A DNA stretch of 64,000 bases from Mobula hypostoma (taxonomy: Eukaryota). The stretch spans positions 233,990,001-234,054,000 of the forward strand of contig NC_086097.1 in assembly GCF_963921235.1 (NCBI RefSeq), given 5' to 3'. The position numbers and the translations under genes are program-made. Below the pieces are notes generated by a model. It was given only the letters and a program-made list of their open reading frames with translations. It was not told where the DNA came from and did not search any database. How positions within the stretch are numbered: position 1 is the stretch's first letter; each line of letters opens with the position of its first letter. Of this stretch, positions 11,892 through 24,472 are shown in pieces.

Positions 11892-14146
11892 TAGAAACAT
11901 AGAAAAATAGAAAACCTACAGCACAATACAGGCCGTTCGGCCCACAAAGCTGTGCCGAACATGTCCTTACCTTAGGACTACCTAGGCTTACCCATAGGCC
12001 TCTACTCTCCACGCACTCACCACTCTCTTTGCAGAAAACTTACCCCTGACATCTCCTCTGCACCTACTTGGAAGCACTTTAAAACTGTGCCCTCTCATTC
12101 TAGCTATTTCAGCACAGGGAAAAAGCCTCTGAATCTCCACACGATCAATGCCCCTCATTATCTTGTACACCTCTCATCCTCTGTCACTCCAAGTAAAAAA
12201 GGCCGATTTCACTCTACCTATTCTCATAAGGCATGCTCCCCAATACAGGCAACATCCTTGTAAGTCTCCTCTGCACCCTTTCTATGGTTTCCACATCCTT
12301 CCTATAGTGAGGCGACCAGAATTGAGCACAGTACTCCAAGTGGGGTCTGACCATGGTCCTATATAGCTGCAACATTACCTCTTAGCTCTTAAATTCAATC
12401 CCATGATTGATGAAGGCGAATGCACTGTATGCCTTCTTAACCACAGAGTCAATCTGCGTAGCAGCTTTGAAAGTCCTATGGACTCGGACCCCAAGATCCC
12501 TCTGATCCTTCACACTGCCAAGAGTCTTACCGTTAATACTATATTCTGCCATCATATTTGACCTACAAAATAAACCACCTCACACTTATCTGGGTTGAAC
12601 TCCATCTGCCACTTTTCAGCCCAGTTTTGCATCCTATCAATGTCCCGCATAAGCTCTGACAGCCCTCCACACTATCCATAACAAACCCAATCTTTGTGTC
12701 ATCAGCAAACTTACTAACCCATCTCTCCACTTCCTCATCCAGGTCATTTATAAAAATCACGAACAGTAGGGGTCACAGAACAGACCCCTGAGGCACACCA
12801 CTGGTCACTGGCCTCCATGCAGAATATGACCCATATACAACCACTCTTTGCCTTCTGTGGGCAAGCCAGTTCTGGATCCACAAAGCAATGTCCCCATGGA
12901 TCCCATGCCTCCTTACTTTCTCAATAAGCCTTGCATGGGGTGCCTTATCGAATGCCTTGCTGAAATCCATATGCACTACATCTACGGCTCTACCTTCATC
13001 AATGTACTTAGTCACATCCTCAAAAAATTCAGTCAGGCTCGTAAGGCATGACCTACCTTTGACAAAGCCATGCCGACTATTCCTAATCATATTATGCCTC
13101 TCCAAATGTTCATAAATCTTCCCTCTCAGGATCTGCTCCATCGACTTACCAACTCACTGGTCTATAATTTCTTGGGCTACCTTTACTCCCTTTCTTGAAT
13201 AAGAGAACAACATCCAAAACCCTCCAATCATCCAGAACCTCTCCCGTCCTCATTGATGATGCAAAGATCATCGCCAGAGGCTCAGTAATCTCCTCCCTTG
13301 CTTCCCACAGTAGCCTGGGGTACATCCCGTCTGGCCCTGGTGACTTATCCAACTTGATGCTTTCCAAAACAGCACATTCCCTTCCTTACATGCTACATGC
13401 TGAAGCTTTTCTGTCCGCTGTAAGTCATCCCTACAATCGCCAAGATCGTTTTCTGTAGTGAATACCGAAGTAAAGCATTCATTAAGTACCTCAGGTATCT
13501 CTTCTGTTTCCATACACACTTTCCCACTGTCACACTTGATTGGTCCTATTCTCTCACGTCTTATCCTCTTGCTCTTCACATACTTGTAGAATGTCTTGGG
13601 GTTTTCCTTAATCCTGTCTGCCAAGGCTTTCTCATAGCCCCTTCTGGCTCTCCTAATTTCATTCTTAAGCTCTTTCCTGCTAACCTTATAATCTTCTAGA
13701 TCTCTATCCTAGTTTTTTGAACCTTTTGTAAGCTCTCCTTTTCTTCTTGACCAGATTTACAGCAGCCTTTTTACACTACGGTTCCCGTACACTACCATCC
13801 TTTCCCTGTCTTATTGGAACGTTCCTATGCAAAACCCCACACAAATATGCCCTGAACATTTGCCACATTTCTTCCGTGCGTTTCCCTGAGAACATCTAAT
13901 TCCAATTTATGCTTCCAAGTTCCTGCCTGATAGCTTCATATTTCCCCTTGCTCCAATTAAACATTTCCCTAACTTGTCTGTTCCTATCCCTCTCTAATGC
14001 TATGGAAAAGGAGATATATTTGTGATCACTATCTCCAAAATGCTCTCCAACTGAGTGATCTGACACCTGACCAGGTTCATTTCCCAATATCAATTTCCCC
14101 CGTGATCAATAAAGTATGACTACGACTATGACTAAGTACAGCCTCT
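11892..14146 (-). mobile_element. CR1 LINE, ~2.2 kb, frameshifted ORF2
   Basis: ORFs 13268, 13146, 12773 (DFSKAFDK, SGVPQGSVL), 12563 (FADDTK) and 11988; tail tagaaacatagaaa. Confidence 0.93.
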
Positions 14147-14672
14147 CCTGTTCAGGATTGCAAACTCAATCTACTGTTTCAGGAGACACCTGTACACAGG
14201 ACTATTTGCTACCGTCAGCTTCACGCAGAAGAACAGACAGATGGAAATTATGTATTGTAATACGTTAGCCCATCCCACTGCAGTTATTGGCATGTAAGCT
14301 TATTTCAGTTATTCCCGACAGTGTGGCTCCGAACATTGGTTTGACATTAACAAATCAATTTAACAAACATCTATTACTTGCAAGGAACAACATCAGGAAA
14401 GGGCAAGTTCTTCCAAAAATTACACTATTGACTTGAATGCTGATTTGTTGAATCAAACAAACTTCATCGATAAGCCTGCTTGAAGCACTCAGTTGTGTGT
14501 AGACCTGAGTCATGGGAACCCAAAACTGAGAACTTGGGCACTTAAGACTTGAAAAGCTCAAAACAGAGACCAGAGAAACTCACAATGTAGACAAGAGAAG
14601 CTTGTAACATAGACTAGAGACACTCAGAACATGGACTTGAGAATAAATTTCATTCTTATCCGCTGGTCCTTC

Positions 14673-15065
14673 TGTCAAGATGTGCGGTGGCAAAATCAGA
14701 ACCCATGTGTAGAGGTAAACAGACTCTGATGTAGAGACAGCAGTGAGAGTTTATTCATAATAATTCCAAAAAAACATTGGTGGCCGCAAGAAGTAATAGT
14801 TTTAAAAATAGGACCCCACAATCAGCACTAATCATGTGTCTGCTTAAATAATGCAAGTAACGTGGAATCCTATTGCAATAAACTTAACAAGCCTAAACAG
14901 AAAGCACCAGGAGACCGCATTACACAGAGTAAGTCACTCGAGAAAATCACAATGAACTCTAAATGATTAACAATTCTCCTAAACAACAATTAACCAATTC
15001 AGGTGCTCTAAAAATCGAGTCCAAAGCTCTCTGGCACCCTACACAGGCCTGATGAGCTCATTACA
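14673..15065 (-). mobile_element. Possible solo LTR (Gypsy-like)
   Basis: TG...CA termini, imperfect 4-bp flanks cttc/gttc, and a minus-strand AATAAA (gtttatt at ~14750). Confidence 0.4.
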
Positions 15066-17074
15066 GTTCCTCTGCAGTGCTAAGAAGTCTGCCATTAAAC
15101 TTATACTCTGTCTTCAAGGTCAACCTTGCAAGTTTTTCTCTTCACACTTTGTGGGATTGAAATTCATCTGCTATTTCTCAGCCCTGCTCTGCCTTCTGTT
15201 AGTGTCCCATTGTTATCCACATTAACCTTCCACATTATTCACAACACCATCAAACTTTGTGCAAAATAATTTACTCCTTGCAAATATTATGACATCTGTG
15301 GGGTGTTAGGGGATGAGTTGCTTGCCAGAGGATACTTAATGTCTTGATTATTGTTGTGGGTATGTTATTTTTGTGCCTGGATCACCTGATTTGTGTTGAT
15401 AGTGGGAATTCTGCAATGGTTATGCCATTAAATATCAAGGTTAGGTAGGCAGACCTTCACTTGTAGGAGTTCTCATTGTCAAGTATTTTATGCCATGGAT
15501 GTTGGTGGCAATATGCGCCAATCCTCTGATCTTCAAATTCAAGGTCAAGTTTAATTGTCATTCAATCATACACATCAATATTGCCAAATGAAGCAGTGTT
15601 TCTCCAGGGCCAAGGTGCAAGGTGCAAAACACAGTGCCAACGGTCACACACAGCACACAGCACATTGATACAATCATGAAGAAGGTACACCAACAGCTCT
15701 AATTCATTCAGAGCTTGAAGAGATTTGGTATGTCGCCAAAGATTCATGCAAATATCTACAACTGTTAGGTGGAGATCTTGCTGCTTGCTGGCATAGACTA
15801 CATAATTTGCTGAAAAACTATCTTGTGCAATTCGCAGCAAGTATCTTCACTTCTGACCTTATAATGGAAGGAAGGTGCTGATGAAGATGAAGCAGCCGAT
15901 GATTGGACTAGGGCACGGTTCTGTGGGTCTTCTGCAGTCACATTCTTCCAACCAAATCCTTAACCTAAACTGAGCATCAGAAAGCAGGTTAAATGAAAGT
16001 AAATATTATTTAATTGCTCTGCCAAGGACACTTTACATCACCTTCTTGAATACAGAGAGTTGACCAATTAGGTGGTAATTACTCGGAATGAATTTGTTCT
16101 ATTTTAGGAATTGGTGGTACTGCCTTCGATAACGTCCATTTAAACACACTCGACTCAACTGTTTCACCAGAGAGTGTGGGAACATAGTCAGCTCTATAGC
16201 TAAAGCATGGGATTAGGAAAATTGTTTGGTGTGCCATTGGAGCCTGGAGTGGAAATATGATGACTGGAGACAAGGGTCAGGAGCAAAATTATACTTGCAT
16301 CTTGACCTGGGGTTGGGTACATGATTGGTTGCATGGCCTGGGCTAAGAATCAGAAATGTGGCCAGAGCCAGGGATCAGGAGTGTAGTCATGTTCTGTCAG
16401 GTAGAGTCAGAGTTCCTTTCTATCACCATCTCAGAGGATGTAACCTGAGCCCAACACATCGATCCAATCATGAAGAAGGCATACCAACAGCTCCAATTTA
16501 TGAGGAGTTTGGAGAGATATGTTATGTCACTAAATAGACTTGCAAATTTCTACAGCTGTACAATGGAGAACATTCTGATTGGTTGCATCACATCCTAGTA
16601 TGGAGGTTAGAATGCATAGGATCGTTGGAGATTGCGGAGGGTTCAGAATCAGGTTTATGTTGACTGACGTAAGTTGTGCTACTTGTTGCTCTGCTGCTGC
16701 AGTGCATTGCAAAACATAGAAAACGATACAAGTTACAAATATAAATAAATACTTCATAAGATGAATAATGAGGTGACGTTCGTGGGTTCCTGGACTGTTT
16801 GGAGATCTGATGGCAGAGTGGAAGAAGCTGTTCTTAAAATCGAGTGTGTGTCTGCAGGCAAAGAATGCAAGTCCCAGATGCTGAGGTTCTTCAATGATAG
16901 ATTTCACTTTTTAATGAGACTGTATTCTGCATTTTTTTAGGGGCAATGCCTCTGAACTTGCCCTCTTGTGTCTTGGTACACATCTTTCTCTACATTTTCT
17001 TAAAGTGGGTCAAATTCACTTACATTCCTCCTTCAACAGTATATCTCTGAAATGTTTGAGTGACATATGCAGGA

Positions 17075-17855
17075 GTAGCTCTTCAATATCCAGTGATGGA
17101 CATGAAAGATTTAAATAAGGTTGTAGGACTACAGAGAAAATTTACAAAGAATTTGCCAAGTCTGGAAAACCCGAGTTATAAGGAAAGATTGAATAGGTTA
17201 GGACTTTATTCCTTGAAACATAAAAGATTGAGAGAAGATTTGATAGAGGTATACAAAACAATGAGGGGTATAGATTCCACATCTCCTGCAGGTTTTTACC
17301 CTTTCCTGAACTCCCGTGTTTCTTGTACAACGTGTTGGATATTGTCCACATTTCCGTAGCAGAGCATCCATGATTGGTATCCTTTCCATCCCTCGTGGTT
17401 CTGCAGCCACCAGTTAGACGGCTCATTGTTTTCGAAGTTCTTGATTCCTGATCCCTGTTCAGTTAGCTGGGCCCACTTATCAAATTCGGCCATCCTCCAG
17501 TCTAGCTCGAACTTGGGTGACTCTCTCTTCTCCTCCTCCATGGGTAAATGCAAGCAGACTTTTTCCACTGAGGTTGGGTGGGACCACAACCAGAGATTAT
17601 GGGTTAAGGGTGAAAGTTGAAAAGTTTAAGGGGTACATGAGGGGAAATTTCTTCACTCAAAGGGCCAGCACAAGTGATGCATGTGAGCTTGATTACAATG
17701 TGAAGAGATATTTGGATAGGCACAAGGATGGTAGGTGCATGGAAGGCTATGATCCGCGAGCAGGTCGATGGGAGCAGGCAGTTTAAACGGTTCAGCATGG
17801 GCTAGATAGGCCAGAAGGCCTGTTTCTATGCTGTACTATTCTATGACTCTATGAC
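17075..17855 (+). mobile_element. CR1 3' fragment interrupted by a 266-bp unrelated insert
   Basis: LQRKFTKNLPSLE...DLIEVYKTMRGID | VNASRLFPLRLG; tail ttctatgactctatgac. Confidence 0.85.
17296..17541 (-). other. Orphan 81-aa ORF inside a non-repeat insert (17276-17541); origin unknown
   Basis: The ATG falls exactly at the insert edge and the frame is open to TAA. No similarity to any repeat in the window. Confidence 0.4.
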
Positions 17856-18079
17856 ACCAGACTGTGGACCTTCCCCACAGACCCTTTGCAAGGCTGCCAG
17901 TTCCTGCTAAGCTACAGACGTATGACTCTGCCCCCATGGTACACAGCGTGAAATAAGGGAGGCAGACCATGAGAGAAGATTGCTTTCAGAGGAAATGATC
18001 AATTACAATTCTTTCATAATGTGTTAATCACGTCAGTTTGTGTTTTCCACAGGGTATCTCTTTCATCACTGCAATTCGA

Positions 18080-18552
18080 GGAACCTGGGTTCAAGGCTAT
18101 AAATTGTAAGTTTATCGATGTGAGATAAAGAGCATACTGACATATGGAATGACAGTGTAGTACTCTAGCAGCAGTAAGACAGATCACAAAGCACTCTAAC
18201 GGGTGATTAGGACAACTCAGCACATCATTGGGATTCAACTAGCAGGCCAGGAGATCGTCTACAACTCTCGATGTCTACAAAATGCTGGTAACATCACTAA
18301 AGACCCATCCCATCCTGGACACTGTCTGTTCAATCTCCTGTCATCTGGTAGAAGATAGAAAGACTGAAAAACAGTTTCTTCCTGAGGGTTGCTGTGCTAC
18401 ACCTGGGGTTACCAATGGCCTTTGAGTGTTATGGACTATCGAAGGGTTGTATGTAAATACGCGATTTTGTTTTTGTTAAGCCGTACTGCATGCATTGTAA
18501 ATATTTGTTCTGCATGGACTGGAGAAGCATCGCAATCTTGTTATCTTGAGCA
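18080..18552 (+). mobile_element. Rex1-type 3' remnant
   Basis: aaagacccatcccatcctggacactgtctgttc...ctgtcatctggtagaaga, a typical Rex1 C-terminus (KDPSHPGH..F..L.SGRR). Confidence 0.65.
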
Positions 18553-19030
18553 ATGGCAATGAGAGGGTTACCGTATGAGGAACGTCTGGCAGCTCATCGG
18601 CTGTATTCCCTGGAGTTCAGGAGAATGAAGGGGGATCTCATAGAAACATTCCAAATGTTAAAAGGCCTGAACAGATTAGATGTGGCAAAGTTATTTCCCA
18701 TGGTAGGGGATTCTAGGACAGGAGGGCATGACTTCAGGATTGAAGGACGTTCTTTTAGAACTGAGATGCGGAGAAATTACTTTAGTCAGAAGGTGGTAAA
18801 TCTGTGGAATTTGTTGCCACGAACTGCTGTGGGGGCCAAGTCATTGGGTGTATTTAAGGCAGAGGTAGATAGGTTCTTGATTAGCCAGGGCATCAAAGGG
18901 TATGGGGTGAAAGTAGGAAAGTGGGGATGACTGGATGAAGTGGATCAGCTCATGATTGAATGGCGGGGCAGACTCAATGGGCCGGATGGCCTACTTCTGC
19001 TCCTATAGCTTATGGTCTTATGGTCTTATG
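18553..19030 (+). mobile_element. CR1 3' end, young
   Basis: Open 125-aa C-terminal frame; tail (cttatggt)n. Confidence 0.9.
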
Positions 19031-19044
19031 GCAATAAAATTCAG

Positions 19045-21885
19045 ATTCTCATTTCCATTCTGACATGTCTATCCTTGGCCTCCTCTTGTGCCAAGATGGG
19101 CTATCCTCAAGGTTGAGGAACAACACTTTATATTCCATCTGGGTACCCTAATGGTATGAATATTGATTTCTCCTTCCGGTGAACCAAATTCCATCACCCC
19201 TCCGTCCCCACTTCTATTCCGTACTCTGAATTTTTACTTCTTCTCACCTGCCTATTACTTCCCCCGGGTCCCCTCCGCCTTCCTTCTGTCCTTTCGCCAC
19301 TCCCCTCTCCTATCAGATTCTTTCTTCTCCAGCCATAAGACCATAAGACATAGGAGCAGAATTAGGCCACTTGGCCCATCGAGTCTGCTGTACCATTCAA
19401 TCATGGCTGATCCTTTTTTCTTCTCCTCCTCAACCCCATTTCCTGGCCTCCTCCCCGTAACATTTGATGCCATGTCCAATCAAGAACCTAACCGTCTCTG
19501 CCTTAAATACACACAACCACCTGGCCTCCACAGCTGCATGTGGCAACAAAGTCTACAAATTCACTACCTTTTGGCTACAGAAATTTCTCCGCATCTCTGT
19601 TTTGAAAGGGTGTCCCTCTATCCTGAAGCTATGCCCTCTTGTCCTAGACACTCCCACCATGGGACACTTCCTTTCCACATCTACTCTGTCCAGGTCTTTC
19701 AACATCTGAAAGGTTTCAATGAGATCCTCCTTATCCTTCTAAATTCCAGCGAGCACAGACCCAGAGCCATCAAACATTCCTTGTATGATAACCCTTTCAT
19801 TCCTGGAATCATCCTTGTGAACCTCCTCTCCAATGCCAGCACATCTCTTCTAAGATGCAGAGCCCAAAACTGTACACAATACTCAAGGTGAAGCCTCATC
19901 AGTACCTTATCAAGGCTCAGCATCACATCCCTGCTCTTGCATTCTAGACCACTTAAAATGAATGCTAACATTGCATTTGCCAGACTCCCAAGTCCCTTTA
20001 TATCCCTTTGTTGGACTTTCCCCCGTTTAGAAAATAGTCCGCACATTTGTTTCTACTACCAAAGTGCATGACCGTGCATTTTCCAACATCATATTTAATT
20101 TGCCACTTTCTTGCCCAATCTCCTAATCTAAATTCTTCTGCATCCTACCTGTTTCCTCAACACTCCCTGCCCCTCCACCAGTCTTTGTATAGGCTGCAAA
20201 CCTAGCAACAAAGCAATCTATTTCGTCATCTAAGTCACTTATATACAGCATGAAAAGAAGTGGTCTCAAAACCGACCCCTATGGAACATGACTAGTCACT
20301 GGCAGCCAACCTGACAAGGATCCTTTTACTCCCACTCACTGCCTTCTTTCAATCAGCCAATGCTCTAACCATGTTAGTAACTTTTCTGTTATACCATGGG
20401 CTCTTAACTTGGTAAGCAGCCTTATGTGTGGTACCTTGTCAAAGGCCCCCTGAAAGTCCAAATATCTAACATCCACTGCTTCCCCTTTATCTATCCTACT
20501 TGTAATCTCCTCAAAGAATTCCAACAGGTTCGTCAGGCATGATTTTCCCTGAAGGAAACCATGCTAACTTTGTACTATCTTGTTCTGTGTCACCAAGTAC
20601 CCCATCACCTCATCCTTAACAACTGACTCTTAACATCTTCCCAACCACTGAGGTCAGGCTAACTGGTCTATAATTTCCTTTCTGCTGCCTTCCTCCTTTC
20701 TTAAAGAGTGGAGTAACAATTGCAATTTTCTGGTCCTCTGGCACCATGCCAGAGTCCAATGATTTTTGAAAGATCATTCTAATGCCACCACAATCTCCAA
20801 CGCTACCTCTTTCAGAACCCGATGGTGCAGTCCATCTGGTCCAGGTGACTTATGTACCTTTAGGTCTTTCAGCTTTTAGAGCACCTTCTCTCTTGTAATA
20901 GTAACTGCACCCACTTCTCTTCCTTCACAATCTACAACATCAGGCATACTGCTAGTGAAGACTGAAGCAAAATACTCAATTATTTCATTAGCCATCTCCT
21001 TGTCTCCTGTTATTATTTCTCCTGCCTCATTTTCTAGTGGTCCTAAATCCACTCTCATTTCTCTTTTATTTTTAACGTACTTGAAAAAACTTTTTCTGTC
21101 CACTTTGATATTATTTGCTAGTTTGCTTTCATACTTTCATATTTCATCTGTTCTCTTCTAGTGATTTTTAATTACTCTCTGTAGGTTTCTAACAGCTTCC
21201 CAATCCTCTATCTTCCCACTAATTTCTGCTTTGTTGTGTGACCTTTTCTTTTACAATAGCTTTCAGTTCCCTTGTCAGCAACGGTTGTACTATTTTACCA
21301 TTTGAATTTTTCTTCATTTTTGGAATAAACATGTCCTGTATCTTCTTCATTTTTCCCAGAAACGCATGTCATTGCTGCTCTGCTGACATTCCTACCAGCA
21401 GCTCCTTCTAATTTACTTTGGCCAATTCCTCTCTCACACCACAGTAATTTCCCTTCACTGAAATACTGCTACTTTAGGATTTACTTTCTTCCTATCAAAT
21501 TTCAAGTTGAACTCAATTGTATTGTGATCACTGATTCCTAAGGGATCTTTACCTTAAACTCCCTAATCTTCTCCTGTTCATTACATAACACCCAATCCAG
21601 TCTAGCTGATCCCCTAGTAGGCTCAATGACAAACTGTTCTAAAAAGCATTCAACAAGCCCTTGATCTTCCCCACCCACCTGGCTTCATTTATCACTTTCC
21701 CCTCTTTCCTCTCCCACCATCTTTTTATTCAGGCATCTTCTCTTCCCTCTCAGTCCTAAGAAGGGTTTCGGCCTGAAACATTGACTGTTTACTCTTTTCC
21801 GTAGATGCTGCCTGACCTGCTGAGTTCCTCCAGCATTTTGTTTTGCTTTGTATTTCCAGCATCTGCAGATATTCTGTGTTTCTAT
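19045..21885 (+). mobile_element. Decayed Penelope-like element (GIY-YIG end and pLTR), split by a CR1
   Basis: 19050-19190 matches 27369-27510. It resumes at ~21656 and has a degenerate hammerhead at ~21752-21788. Confidence 0.78.
19334..21655 (-). mobile_element. CR1 LINE, ~2.3 kb, decayed ORF2
   Basis: ORFs 20876, 20336 (YLDFQGAFDKVPH) and 19699; tail ataagaccataagacat; flanked by agcc/agcc. Confidence 0.92.
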
Positions 21886-22224
21886 TCTATTCTACATGCA
21901 ATTGAAAACTAATTGAATCCATCATCTCTTCCAGTTTTGCTGACATTCTTCATTGAGTAGTTCTGGATATGATTAACCATGCTAGGATGTTTTACAAGTT
22001 GCCACCATTTTCAGATTAGCAAGCTTTTACCAGTTACTACAGGTGTGAAGAATTCACAGCTCATTAGCATGTAAGCATAAATTGTCAATGTTAATGTTTC
22101 ACAGGGAAAGGAGGGTGTCGATCCTTAAATATCTCTCATGAATTATTCAGCAATTTCTTGTGATTGTTGCCTATCTAATGCTAAATTCCAGCGTGCAATG
22201 CTGCTGCAAGTTTTCACTATACCA

Positions 22225-23425
22225 TAGAGTCATAAATTCATAGAGAAGTGCAATACAGAAACAGGTGCTTTGGACCATTTAATCCACGCTGAAAGCATTT
22301 AAACAGCCTACTCTTATCGCCCTGCTCCAGGACCATCACCCTCCATACCCCTACTATTCATGTGCCTATCCAAACTTCATTTAACTGTTGAAATCGAGCT
22401 TGCATGCCCACTTGTGCTGGTAATTCAGGCTACGTACACACTAGACCGGATAAATCCGTAACCGAAGCTTTTTCTCTTCGTTTTGACCCTCCGTCCACAC
22501 TGAAACGGTGTTTTCCTCCCCCAGAAACAGAGCTTTTCTAGAACACTCTCCAGAGTGTTTAAATCTGAAAACGCCGGTTAGACCTTGTAGTGTGTACAAG
22601 GTAAATGGCTATTTTTAAAAACGCTGTCATGATGTGCCGGAACAGATGGTGGCGGCAGCGTGGCATTTCATTGCCTTCTTGAACGCAATCTCCAAGAAGT
22701 TTGGCCTGCTTTTTCCAGCAGAGGTTTTCTTTGTATCCCTTGCAGACATTGTTGAAAACTTTCTTTCGCTGTTGTTGTAGATACTCCAGTTTTTGACCAA
22801 CGGAAATAGCACAAGGCCGCAGCGGAAACGGAAATAGAATACCGCCTCCTCTTCGGTTGTTTTCTGTAGATGTGTCCTGGGCATGCCCAGCAGGTGGAGA
22901 TTTGCCCAAATCCCCATTTTAAAGTGGACGGAGGTATTTTCTAAAACGCCTAGTGTGGACGCCTTTTGTTTTTATAGGAAACCGGCATTTTCAAAATTAC
23001 CTGGTCTAGTGTGGACGCAGCCTCAGTCCACACTCTCACGACCCTCTGAGTGAAGAAATTTCCCTTCATCGTCCCCTTAAGCCTTTCACATTTCACCCTT
23101 AACCCATGACCTCTAGTTGTAGAGCCACCAAGCTCAGTGGAAAAATCCGTTTGAATTTACCCTCATCATTTTGTGTACCTCGATTAAATCTCCTCTCAAT
23201 AGTCTACGTTCCAAAGAATAAAGTCCAAACCCATTCAATTTTTCCTTACAACTCAGGTCCTCCAGACCCAGAAACACCCTTGTAAATTTTCTCTGTACTC
23301 GTTCAACCTTATTTACATCTTTCCTATAGGTAAGTAACCAAAACTGCACACAATACTCCAAATTAGACCTCACCAACGTTGCATACAGCTTCAACATAAC
23401 ATCCCATCTCCTGTATCCAATTCTT
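22225..23425 (-). mobile_element. CR1 3' fragment hosting a MITE
   Basis: ORF 23134-23397: LYATLVRSNLEYCVQFW. Confidence 0.85.
22428..23022. mobile_element. PIF/Harbinger-type MITE
   Basis: TIRs ggctacgtacacactagacc / ggtctagtgtggacgcagcc; 3-bp TSD tca at 22425-22427 and 23023-23025. Confidence 0.85.
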
Positions 23426-24472
23426 GTACTTATGCATATGAAAATAAACTCAGTTCTGATTTTAACTTAAACCAGCTGCTCAAACTCACCTTCCCATCAC
23501 TTCTAATCTGATACAGCAAATTGGAGTTTTCTGAAACGGTTCAAATATGTTTAAAGTATGTATGCAATATACAACCCAGAGATTTGTCTTTCTGGCTGTC
23601 TGTGGGAAGACAAATCTTAGGGTTGTATACTGCATGCATACGTTGATAATGAATGTACTTTGAATCTTTGAAATACTACAAAGAAACATCAAAATTTAAA
23701 CAAAATATAATTAAAATACTAATAACTAAATAAAATCAGTGAGATAATAAGAAGAAAGTTTAAACTGATTAGCTGTACTTAGTTTTTTTAGATTAAGGCT
23801 GGTGAGAGAATTCCAAGTAACGAAGCTATACGTTTCAAGCCAACCAGTTCTGCCTAAAGCTGAGGAACCTTGTGAATAATTTGAATATGCAGATGAGCGA
23901 GTCAGAGACAAACTGACCAAAAGGGAGGAGATAGCTCACAGTAGAATTATAATGATGGTAAAACTGCAATAACAATTGCCACTTGTGTTTGCTGAATTCT
24001 GTGGAGATTACAAGTAAAAAGCCCCAGTTGTCTGCACAGTTCCGTTTTAATACATAGTTTAGGGCTAATTCATTGGGAGGCCAATGTTTTCACTTCTTTC
24101 TTCACATCTTTAAACAGATTTGAACTTTCTTGGAAATATTTGGTTGATAGGTTAAATTAAAAGAGAAACCTCAAATCAAGGATAACAAATCTCAGTGGTT
24201 TTAAATATGAAAAAAAAGATTCAATAAGATTAATGTAATTTGGCATGAATGATCGATGTTAATGGACCAGCACTTACAATTAAAATATGCAGCCATGAGA
24301 CATTACTCTTGTTAAAATTAATTTACAATGCTAAAACGGATATTTAGAAGCAATTAAGACTCATCGTACAATTTAAACTCATACGCACTGAAATGGACAG
24401 GCTCTGACAACTTCAGGCAAGATTAGGCAACACACATCAAAGTTGCTGGTGAACGCAGCAGGCCAGGCAGCA

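Noticed and set aside
14180..14252. Possible small exon (tttcag|...|gtattg)
   Set aside because: Weak donor site and an unrecognisable peptide.
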